A DNA stretch of 39,561 bases from a virus (lineage: Duplodnaviria; Caudoviricetes), in the IMG/VR virus record IMGVR_UViG_3300030106_004706, positions 1-39,561 of that record. One strand, 5' to 3'. The position numbers and the translations under genes were made by a program. A model generated the notes under the pieces. It was not told where the DNA came from. It saw only the letters and a program-made list of their open reading frames with translations, and searched no databases. Every line of letters starts with the position of its first letter. Within the stretch, counting starts at the first letter, position 1. Of the stretch, positions 9,319 through 15,776 are shown piece after piece.

Positions 9319-9817
9319 TTATCATCTCCATAGCATCTTGTAGTTCTTTTGAGTGATGTAATTCATCGTTCAAAATTTCAAGGATTTTATCGTCATGTCC
9401 ATTAAAGGCGAGATGTTTTGCATACGTTTCTGCTGCATGAATCTCTACCTCGTAGGAGAGATGGTAAGCAGACCTAGGAGCCACCCAATAATAAACCACG
9501 TTGACCCAATAGTAGATAAGTACCAGGTGTTTGGCGAAAGCGCGATCCACCCAATAAGCATTACCGCCCCTAGATTCCATATACTCCAGATGTTCTGTTT
9601 CATTGACCGACTGCTCGAAATGTTGTTTCATCAAATATAAATGCTCTGGACCTCGTAGCCCCATAGATTCTCTTAAATGCAACACACTTAGAAAAGCAAA
9701 GTAGGGTGCCCTAGCAATTTCTTCAAGCACCCAGAATCTTTGATAGTCTCTGCCTTGATATAAGAAATCAATGATTGCTACTGTGATGTTTAATGTGATT
9801 GTGTTAATTTTCCTCAT
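9311..9817 (-). CDS. ptox: Plastoquinol terminal oxidase (alternative oxidase family)
   Basis: RFWVLEEIARAPYFAFLSVLHLRES and di-iron motifs NETEHL, EVEIHAAETY and DELHH. Confidence 0.93.
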   Translation of the reverse strand: MRKINTITLNITVAIIDFLYQGRDYQRFWVLEEIARAPYFAFLSVLHLRESMGLRGPEHLYLMKQHFEQSVNETEHLEYMESRGGNAYWVDRAFAKHLVLIYYWVNVVYYWVAPRSAYHLSYEVEIHAAETYAKHLAFNGHDDKILEILNDELHHSKELQDAMEMINA

Positions 9818-9935
9818 CGTCATCCTCATATAAGGGACTGCGATTATGCTTTCTTATTGCATCATCAATCATCTCCTGACACTCTTCACAAGTGACATAA
9901 TGTGCTGGTTTGATTTCATCCATCCTGTGAGACAT
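9804..9935 (-). CDS. Truncated or chimeric paralog of the 9091-9318 protein (43 aa)
   Basis: MSHRMDEIKPAHYVTCEECQEMIDDAIRKHNR-SPLYEDDDEEN. It lacks the TM helix. Confidence 0.6.
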   Translation of the reverse strand: MSHRMDEIKPAHYVTCEECQEMIDDAIRKHNRSPLYEDDDEEN

Positions 9936-10071
9936 TAGGTAGATTGTCCATCGGGTCAGGTCCTCCCGATACTATAGCACAAGCACGTCTGTAATAAAAA
10001 TTTTCAGTATTTCCTGACTCTTCAAGAGCCTCCTTTATTCTCACCCAGTTAGAAAATTCGTCGGGGTGCAT
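9916..10071 (-). CDS. Hypothetical cyanophage protein (51 aa)
   Basis: MHPDEFSNWVRIKEALEESGNTENFYYRRACAIVSGGPDPM... Confidence 0.65.
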   Translation of the reverse strand: MHPDEFSNWVRIKEALEESGNTENFYYRRACAIVSGGPDPMDNLPNVSQDG

Positions 10072-10167
10072 AGTTCTATTTTGAAATACACTATAGCTAT
10101 AATAGTTAATTCCTAAAAAGTTGCCACAATATGTTTATCCCATAACATACATTAAGAAAATATGTAA

Positions 10168-10422
10168 TTATCGCACCTCAAAATCTAATTTTCTAACTTT
10201 TCTCTTTCTTCTTGACTCTTGCCACTGAACATCCTCTGAAGAAAGAAAATTCTCCTTCTTGCTAGTATAAGAGTTAAGCATAACAACCTGACTTAAGTCA
10301 ACCGCAGATATCTTATCTCCACGAATAGTTGTCATATTTGAGCATCCACAAGAGATTGCTCTACTAGGATGCCCAATCAACTCCTTGCCACAGGAGCGGC
10401 ACCTTACCTTTATAGTGTCCAT
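10168..10422 (-). CDS. Small zinc-ribbon protein
   Basis: VRCRSCGKEL...SCGCSN. A late promoter lies upstream. Confidence 0.75.
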   Translation of the reverse strand: MDTIKVRCRSCGKELIGHPSRAISCGCSNMTTIRGDKISAVDLSQVVMLNSYTSKKENFLSSEDVQWQESRRKRKVRKLDFEVR

Positions 10423-10454
10423 GGTATGACGAAATATACGTCTTCATTTTCACT

Positions 10455-10462
10455 TATTTATA
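10455..10462 (-). promoter_or_regulatory. T4-type late promoter
   Basis: TATAAATA directly after tRNA-Val. Confidence 0.65.
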
Positions 10463-10534
10463 TGGGTGAAGAGGGGATTGAACCCCCGACCGCCTCCGTG
10501 TAAAGGAGATGCTCTACCGCTGAGCTATTCACCC
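10463..10534 (-). tRNA. tRNA-Val(UAC)
   Basis: GGGTGAATAGCTCAGCGGTAGAGCATCTCCTT-TAC-ACGGAGGCGGTCGGGGGTTCAATCCCCTCTTCACCCA. Confidence 0.96.
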
Positions 10535-10698
10535 CTGTACCCATATTGTAACATATACTCTACAGTATTGGCAACATCTTCCATTGCATCACGTAGAACT
10601 GGTCGTTGTCCTGCTTCCATCCACCTTGCATCTTTCTCATCAGTAAGAGTCCAACGCCATTGACCCATACTCTTGGAATACCAGAGATTAATTTTCAT
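10525..10698 (-). CDS. Hypothetical protein (57 aa)
   Basis: MKINLWYSKSMGQWRWTLTDE...DAMEDVANTVEY. Its stop lies 10 nt inside tRNA-Val. Confidence 0.7.
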   Translation of the reverse strand: MKINLWYSKSMGQWRWTLTDEKDARWMEAGQRPVLRDAMEDVANTVEYMLQYGYRGE

Positions 10699-10886
10699 TT
10701 TAACCGGTCCTCAGGAAGATATTCAGCACATTTGCCAGGGTTTGCTCTACAATACTTTCTCACTACACCATGAATATCATGTTCCATCGTATGGTGTGCA
10801 TGATTGTGTTGGACTCCAATTAGAATTAAAAAACCCACTAGCAATACGTTGAAGTGAGTAACGGGGGAGAGTAAAATCCTTTTCAT
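10695..10886 (-). CDS. Small membrane-anchored His-rich protein (63 aa)
   Basis: Hydrophobic N-terminus, HNHAHHTMEHDIH and a Cx6C pair. Confidence 0.65.
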   Translation of the reverse strand: MKRILLSPVTHFNVLLVGFLILIGVQHNHAHHTMEHDIHGVVRKYCRANPGKCAEYLPEDRLK

Positions 10887-10887
10887 T

Positions 10888-10913
10888 AAAAAGGGGGGTG
10901 CCGTCGCACCCCC
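10888..10913 (-). terminator. Rho-independent terminator after the OMP gene
   Basis: GGGGGTG-CGACGG-CACCCCC followed by CTTTTT. Confidence 0.8.
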
Positions 10914-10944
10914 ATCATAGCATCTAGATGTATTATTGTCTATA

Positions 10945-11310
10945 TCAGAAGTTGTACTTCAGACCCAGTTTACCACCGACACCCAGATCGTCGGAATCGT
11001 CTACAGTCAGGAAGGAGAGTTCACCATAGACTCCGATAGCATCAGAAACAGGAATACCAACACCTGCTTTACCAGAGAATTCAGTCTCGGTGTCAACACC
11101 ATCAGCAGCGACGATCGCTGGACCCGCCTGGACGTAGTAGGAGGCAGCACCGACTTCTCCCTCGTAACCTACGTGGATGTCTGTCGTTGCTCCGACGTAA
11201 ATATCTCCGGTCCAACCAGCATTGGTTTCCACGTTGACGTAGGGACCTGCAAGGGCAGGTGCTGCCATCAAAGGAGCAGCGGCAGCAAGTGCGATTGCGG
11301 ATTTGAACAT
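10945..11310 (-). CDS. Small outer-membrane beta-barrel protein (cyanobacterial type)
   Basis: Signal peptide ending APALA, alternating amphipathic beta-strands and a C-terminal KLGLKYNF beta-signal. Confidence 0.8.
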   Translation of the reverse strand: MFKSAIALAAAAPLMAAPALAGPYVNVETNAGWTGDIYVGATTDIHVGYEGEVGAASYYVQAGPAIVAADGVDTETEFSGKAGVGIPVSDAIGVYGELSFLTVDDSDDLGVGGKLGLKYNF

Positions 11311-11410
11311 TAGTTAGTACCTCGTTATTTTTGCTTGTGGATTGGTTACCCACAGATGAAAGGGAATCGACATTTCCCTGTATGTAAACCTTTTGTTACA
11401 AAAGGTAAAA

Positions 11411-11418
11411 TATTTATA
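11411..11418 (-). promoter_or_regulatory. T4-type late promoter for the OMP gene
   Basis: TATAAATA followed by the inverted repeat CCTTTTGT-A-ACAAAAGG. Confidence 0.6.
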
Positions 11419-11454
11419 CTAGGTATAATTTCGGATAAACTTTGGATATCCGAA

Positions 11455-11526
11455 AGCGGGAGACGAGATTCGAACTCGCAACAACCTGCTTGGAAGGCAG
11501 GGACTCTACCGTTGAGTTACTTCCGC
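11455..11526 (-). tRNA. tRNA-Gly(UCC)
   Basis: GCGGAAGTAACTCAACGGTAGAGTCCCTGCCT-TCC-AAGCAGGTTGTTGCGAGTTCGAATCTCGTCTCCCGCT. One A-C mismatch in the acceptor stem. Confidence 0.92.
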
Positions 11527-11529
11527 AAG

Positions 11530-11577
11530 TGGTGGGGGAGGTATTCTCCCCGACGCATCCTTCACACGGATGAACAC
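11530..11577 (-). ncRNA. Putative D-armless tRNA-like mini-RNA ending in CCA
   Basis: GUGUU-CAUCC-GUGUGAA-GGAUG-CGUC-GGGGA-GAAUACC-UCCCC-CACCA. Confidence 0.45.
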
Positions 11578-11606
11578 ATTATAAAGGAAAGATGTTATGT
11601 GGTCAA
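11578..11606 (-). promoter_or_regulatory. Sigma70-type promoter for the mini-RNA and tRNA-Gly
   Basis: TTGACC-17 bp-TATAAT. Confidence 0.8.
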
Positions 11607-11677
11607 GCCCTCAGTCGGATTTGAACCAACGACCTACGCTTTACAAAAGCGTTGCTCTACCACTGAGCTATAAGGGC
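11606..11677 (-). tRNA. tRNA-Thr(UGU)
   Basis: GCCCTTATAGCTCAGTGGTAGAGCAACGCTTT-TGT-AAAGCGTAGGTCGTTGGTTCAAATCCGACTGAGGGCT. Confidence 0.96.
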
Positions 11678-11679
11678 GG

Positions 11680-11751
11680 CTTCCCCGGCAGGATTCAAAC
11701 CTGCGACCAGACGATTAACAGTCGTCGGCTCTACCGCTGAGCTACAGAGGA
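11680..11751 (-). tRNA. tRNA-Asn(GUU), possibly degenerate
   Basis: TCCTCTGTAGCTCAGCGGTAGAGCCGACGACT-GTT-AATCGTCTGGTCGCAGGTTTGAATCCTGCCGGGGAAG. T-loop is TTTGAAT and there is a C2-A71 mismatch. Confidence 0.8.
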
Positions 11752-11922
11752 TTATCCGTAGGGATTTCTCCCTTGTTCTTTACAGAGTTTGAAGTATAGT
11801 TTGTAGTACCTACCCTTCATTTCGTTAAGAACTTCTTTGTCCTCTTCAAAACCCAAGTTGCCCAAATGAGCAGAACTGCCTTCTAATTCAGATAGTAGAA
11901 GTAATATTTTAACTGGGTCCAT
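11752..11922 (-). CDS. Hypothetical protein (56 aa) between tRNAs
   Basis: MDPVKILLLLSELEGSSAHLGNLGFEEDKEVLNEMKGRYYKLYFKLCKEQGRNPYG. Confidence 0.7.
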   Translation of the reverse strand: MDPVKILLLLSELEGSSAHLGNLGFEEDKEVLNEMKGRYYKLYFKLCKEQGRNPYG

Positions 11923-11936
11923 AGTAAGAAGACAAA

Positions 11937-12010
11937 CGACTCAAGTAGGATTTGAACCTACGACCGACTGCTTAGAAGGCAGTTGCTCTATCCAGCTGAG
12001 CTATTGAGTC
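11937..12010 (-). tRNA. tRNA-Arg(UCU)
   Basis: GACTCAATAGCTCAGCTGGATAGAGCAACTGCCT-TCT-AAGCAGTCGGTCGTAGGTTCAAATCCTACTTGAGTCG. Confidence 0.96.
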
Positions 12011-12022
12011 TTGAATGTATCC

Positions 12023-12051
12023 AGTATAATTTAGTTTTCAAAAAACGTCAA
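12023..12051 (-). promoter_or_regulatory. Sigma70-type promoter for the tRNA cluster
   Basis: TTGACG-17 bp-TATACT, back-to-back with a plus-strand CTAAATA late-promoter variant at 12053-12059. Confidence 0.75.
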
Positions 12052-12081
12052 GCTAAATAAAATTAAATCAACTATATACAC

Positions 12082-12576
12082 ATGAAAAAAGCTCTGGTTG
12101 CTTTTGGTATGCTTTTGATGACGACACCTGTTTATGCTGGTGGTCTTGTTAGTAAACACTCAGCAAGTGTTCAACTCTCCGTTGATGCTGCTAGAACAAC
12201 TGCATCGAGAATCGGGAGTTCGTTCTCGATATCAGGCAGTAATATTGACACTACGAACGGTACAACTGCAAATACAGTCTCTACCGGTACTATTACAGAT
12301 GGAATTTATAATCCAGGAACAATTGCAGCCACACAAGATACTCCAGGAGCAGCATTTTCCTTCAGTCAGTCTTACACTCAAGGAGATGCTGTCCCAACTA
12401 GTGCTCCTACCGTAGGAACTGTTGGTAATCTGACAGGTCAAACATCTTATACTGCTGGTACTACTGGTGATCTTGCCGGTACTGTAACCTCAGCAAATGT
12501 ACTTACGGTAACAGCAGGCGGAGCTGGTTCTACGGCAATCGGACAATTCGTTTCCGAGATTACTGTTATAGACTAA
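12082..12576 (+). CDS. Exported Thr/Gly/Ser-rich beta protein
   Basis: Signal peptide ending PVYA and the motif QDTPGAAFSFSQS. Confidence 0.8.
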   Translation: MKKALVAFGMLLMTTPVYAGGLVSKHSASVQLSVDAARTTASRIGSSFSISGSNIDTTNGTTANTVSTGTITDGIYNPGTIAATQDTPGAAFSFSQSYTQGDAVPTSAPTVGTVGNLTGQTSYTAGTTGDLAGTVTSANVLTVTAGGAGSTAIGQFVSEITVID

Positions 12577-13022
12577 TGACTAAACTACAAGAGGCAATCG
12601 GGCTAGGGTTGGTTCTTGGTATTATCCACGGATTAGTTCAACCTGGACATTCCGTGCCGGTGGTCCCGAACTTTACACAGGGCTCCATGACTAGCCACAC
12701 GGAGACAACTTCTACCGTGACTGAAACAATTAATTCTATGGATTATAATACAGGATATCAATATTCTGTAACTGGCAGTGGTGTTGAACCAACCAGTGGA
12801 ACTTTATCACCAACAACAGGTGATGTTAATGTAACGATTGAAGGGGTGAATTCAAAATGGACAGGAGTCACAGCGACACCATCATTCAAACAAACCACAC
12901 CAGGAGCAGCGTTTCAGTTTACGCAAACCGTTTCTGGTCCAGGTTTAAGCAATCACACGATTATTCAAAGGGAGACCACCGTTACAAGCGTAACGGACAC
13001 CACAAGTATCTTCCAGCAATAA
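12576..13022 (+). CDS. Exported Thr-rich beta protein, probable paralog of the upstream gene
   Basis: Hydrophobic N-terminus, motif QTTPGAAFQFTQT and a TAATG stop/start overlap. Confidence 0.8.
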   Translation: MTKLQEAIGLGLVLGIIHGLVQPGHSVPVVPNFTQGSMTSHTETTSTVTETINSMDYNTGYQYSVTGSGVEPTSGTLSPTTGDVNVTIEGVNSKWTGVTATPSFKQTTPGAAFQFTQTVSGPGLSNHTIIQRETTVTSVTDTTSIFQQ

Positions 13023-13768
13023 TAGCACTACTATTTGCGGCACCCGTAAGAGCAGAAGGTGTTGGTGGCGTGTCTGCTACTGCATCTCCAATCGCGAATA
13101 GTTCAGGTTCGGTGACCAACCAAGCGATCCAGGTTTTACAAGGCCCATATATCACTAATACTTACGGGGGAGGAATACAGTGTCAAGGTCCCACTGTAAA
13201 CTTTACACCCTTCGTTACAGGTTCACTTTCTCAACAACATCCATATGAACCATTTTATAATGATCCAGTATATGATATGCGTGATTTAGAAGGTGCTACT
13301 GATGCAAATGGAAATGTTATAGGAGACGGAGCACCTGACAATCCGGGAGATATTTTATATTACGTACCGACTAGAACAGGACAGAAAAATAATACTAACT
13401 TATCTGTAGGTTTCTCCATGACTTGGAGTACACCTTTGGATAAAAAATTACAAGACCAATGCAAAAAAGCAGCAGCAACACAAATTGCTTTACAACAACA
13501 ATTAACTGCTAATAAGAGATTAGATTTTGAGATAGCCAGACTCAAAAATTGTGGAGATTTGATGAAGAAAGGAATTCGCTTTCATCCAAAGAGTCCATAC
13601 TATTCCATATGTGCTGATGTGGTGATAGATAATGTTACTACTATTGCACCACACGTTCATTCTATTTCCCGTCCTTCATCCTCCGGAGAATCCGAATCGC
13701 CCGTGAGCGTTCGCGCTGAAGATCTCGGCGTTCCTTTAAGGACTCAATCTTTACCTTCTTCCCCCTAA
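12857..13768 (+). CDS. Exported Cys-containing protein, start uncertain
   Basis: Signal-like KYLPAIIALLFAAPVRA, then SATASPIANSSGSVTNQAIQ, a coiled-coil segment and four Cys. Confidence 0.75.
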   Translation: MDRSHSDTIIQTNHTRSSVSVYANRFWSRFKQSHDYSKGDHRYKRNGHHKYLPAIIALLFAAPVRAEGVGGVSATASPIANSSGSVTNQAIQVLQGPYITNTYGGGIQCQGPTVNFTPFVTGSLSQQHPYEPFYNDPVYDMRDLEGATDANGNVIGDGAPDNPGDILYYVPTRTGQKNNTNLSVGFSMTWSTPLDKKLQDQCKKAAATQIALQQQLTANKRLDFEIARLKNCGDLMKKGIRFHPKSPYYSICADVVIDNVTTIAPHVHSISRPSSSGESESPVSVRAEDLGVPLRTQSLPSSP

Positions 13769-14426
13769 TCTTTGAGATCTTTGTAATCACCTTTTTGATT
13801 ACAGGTTTGAATACTTTAAGTAGTAAATCTGCCAGTGGTTTTGCCAAAAGAGCAGAACTAGTAGCAACTACAGCGATACCAGCAGTGGTTGCAGCAACCT
13901 GTGGTGCAGGTAGATACTGTGCAGTGAAAGGAATATCTTCGTAGAGAGTCACACAAACACCATTCTGCAATTCAAAACCAGATACTCTCTCCTTCTGGTT
14001 CTGTGCTACATCACCGATGCGTGGTGCGTTAGGTGGAGGACACTCTACTTCTTTCTCTACCTTTGGAATAACATCTTTAGGTATCTCTGGTACTCCCGGA
14101 ACATCTGGTGCCTTGTATGGAGGAATGATTGGTTTAGGAGTTGGTAACTCTACCTCCTCATTAAAATTAATAGGATTAAATGATGGCATATTACCATCAC
14201 AAAAGACTCTAGCGCCATCAGAGTCATCCTCAACCAATTTATCATTGGTTCCCTTCTTATTATCAGTGTGTGCCTCAACACATCCAGGAATATCAATAAC
14301 AGGAACTCCCACCTGCACCGTTACTGGCGGAACAGATGGAAGGCGTGGTTGATTCGTCATCCAACTAGGAACATTTATGTCACGAACTTCCACTTCTCTA
14401 ATATCAATATCACGAATTTCTGCCAT
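13662..14426 (-). CDS. Pro-rich membrane protein with Cys pairs and a basic C-terminal tail
   Basis: IDIPGCVEAH, Pro-rich linker, hydrophobic TTAGIAVVATSSALLA and a K/R-rich tail. Confidence 0.8.
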   Translation of the reverse strand: MAEIRDIDIREVEVRDINVPSWMTNQPRLPSVPPVTVQVGVPVIDIPGCVEAHTDNKKGTNDKLVEDDSDGARVFCDGNMPSFNPINFNEEVELPTPKPIIPPYKAPDVPGVPEIPKDVIPKVEKEVECPPPNAPRIGDVAQNQKERVSGFELQNGVCVTLYEDIPFTAQYLPAPQVAATTAGIAVVATSSALLAKPLADLLLKVFKPVIKKVITKISKIRGKKVKIESLKERRDLQRERSRAIRILRRMKDGK

Positions 14427-14674
14427 CAGAATTTAGGCAGTCCTCCACCACTACTAGGAATAGCACCACCAGTTACTTCAGGAAGTTCAGGCATGGCAGC
14501 GTCAAGCATTCCAGGAAGTGCTCCTGCAATTGCCTCTGTGGCAGCCTTTGTGATCTTCTCTTTGGCGTTTTCTACCATTGCGTCCTTGTTAAGATAAACA
14601 TAGACGCCGCCACCAACAACGGCAGCAGATACAATAAAAGACGACAACGCGAGTACATTAACTATTTTCTGCAT
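14426..14674 (-). CDS. Small membrane-anchored protein
   Basis: MQKIVNVLALSSFIVSAAVVGGGVYVY followed by a helical, Pro-rich tail. Confidence 0.75.
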   Translation of the reverse strand: MQKIVNVLALSSFIVSAAVVGGGVYVYLNKDAMVENAKEKITKAATEAIAGALPGMLDAAMPELPEVTGGAIPSSGGGLPKF

Positions 14675-14936
14675 CGTTAAGTGCCTCAACAGTATATTGA
14701 TACCCACTATCTATAACATCATCATGTAGATTAGCAATATCCTGCAAACCATTTACATCAAACCATGGTGCTGTTTCCCAGTCAAAACCTTCTCCGAAGG
14801 TGTTGTCGGCATTAACGATATACCAGTGACAAGATGAATCAGGGACATCAACAGCACAATTACTCCAATCATCTGACCACTGCGGAACTTGTACCCATAA
14901 TGTTACTGCAAATAAAAAACTAAACAAGTGTGCCAT
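14658..14936 (-). CDS. Small acidic Trp-rich exported protein
   Basis: MAHLFSFLFAVTLWVQVPQWSDDWSNCAVDVPDSSCHWY. Confidence 0.65.
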   Translation of the reverse strand: MAHLFSFLFAVTLWVQVPQWSDDWSNCAVDVPDSSCHWYIVNADNTFGEGFDWETAPWFDVNGLQDIANLHDDVIDSGYQYTVEALNDAENS

Positions 14937-15378
14937 GTGCCCTGCGGATTTCACGAAGTTCCTCAAAGTTCTTTTGCTTGGTGCCACCATCATACTCCCA
15001 AGCATATCCTTCGTCAATCATTTGCTCGTTAAGTGACAGTTCAGAGTCTCCTATGTACAACCAACCGAGGAGACGACCATACTTGCCCATACCACCAACA
15101 AGCTCAGTGCGGATAACAAGGTCGTCATCCCCAGTAATGGCACCATCCAACTTCTCTTTGAGCCAATCCGTCGCATGGATACCTAACTCCTTTTCTTCAA
15201 GGTCTCTAGTCCTTTTCTCTGGCGTATCAACGCCTGCAACTCTAACTCTTTCTTTCTTGAATAAATCAAACCCAAGATCAATGGTGACATCAATAGTGTC
15301 GCCGTCAACAACACGATTTATCTCAACTACCCTGAAGTTGTAACACGACTTCCTGCTTGGCGGGGTCATTGCTCCCAT
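14920..15378 (-). CDS. Thermonuclease (SNase) family protein
   Basis: RVVDGDTIDV, RVRVAGVDTPE, GKYGRLLG and LNEQMIDEGYA. Confidence 0.9.
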   Translation of the reverse strand: MGAMTPPSRKSCYNFRVVEINRVVDGDTIDVTIDLGFDLFKKERVRVAGVDTPEKRTRDLEEKELGIHATDWLKEKLDGAITGDDDLVIRTELVGGMGKYGRLLGWLYIGDSELSLNEQMIDEGYAWEYDGGTKQKNFEELREIRRAHGTLV

Positions 15379-15640
15379 AGTTCATCTCCTTTGATTCTGC
15401 ATCTTGTGGCATTGCAACAACAATTCCAATAAGAGCTACTGCTGCACCAATAACAGCAGATGCTCTCTGAATCCAAATCTTGTTGTCTGTAACTTGTTGC
15501 TTAAGTTCTTTAATTTGTTCTTCAGTCTTATCTATACGACTATGAACCATCTCAATTCGACGAATAGCATTCTCTAAAGTGCTGTCCATTACAGCAATCT
15601 TTGTATCCTGTTCTGCGTCTTTATTTGTCAGATCGCTCAT
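15323..15640 (-). CDS. Coiled-coil protein with a C-terminal TM helix
   Basis: Heptad-rich N-half followed by ASAVIGAAVALIGIVVAM. Confidence 0.7.
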   Translation of the reverse strand: MSDLTNKDAEQDTKIAVMDSTLENAIRRIEMVHSRIDKTEEQIKELKQQVTDNKIWIQRASAVIGAAVALIGIVVAMPQDAESKEMNYGSNDPAKQEVVLQLQGS

Positions 15641-15776
15641 CGTCCAACTCCTTGAATGCCATACTCATAATTGTATATATGTAGTATGCAACGCCAGCAA
15701 GGAGTATTAATATGGATATTACAATACTCCAAGTGACATCATTAGTATCAGCAAGAGGTCGTAATACTAAATTCAT
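15621..15776 (-). CDS. Small membrane protein (51 aa)
   Basis: MNLVLRPLADTNDVTWSIVISILILLAGVAYYIYTIMSMAFKELDDERSDK. TAATG coupling to the upstream gene. Confidence 0.7.
   Translation of the reverse strand: MNLVLRPLADTNDVTWSIVISILILLAGVAYYIYTIMSMAFKELDDERSDK

Noticed and set aside
11384-11399. NtcA box upstream of the OMP gene
   Set aside because: GTA and TAC are 10 nt apart, not the 8 nt required.
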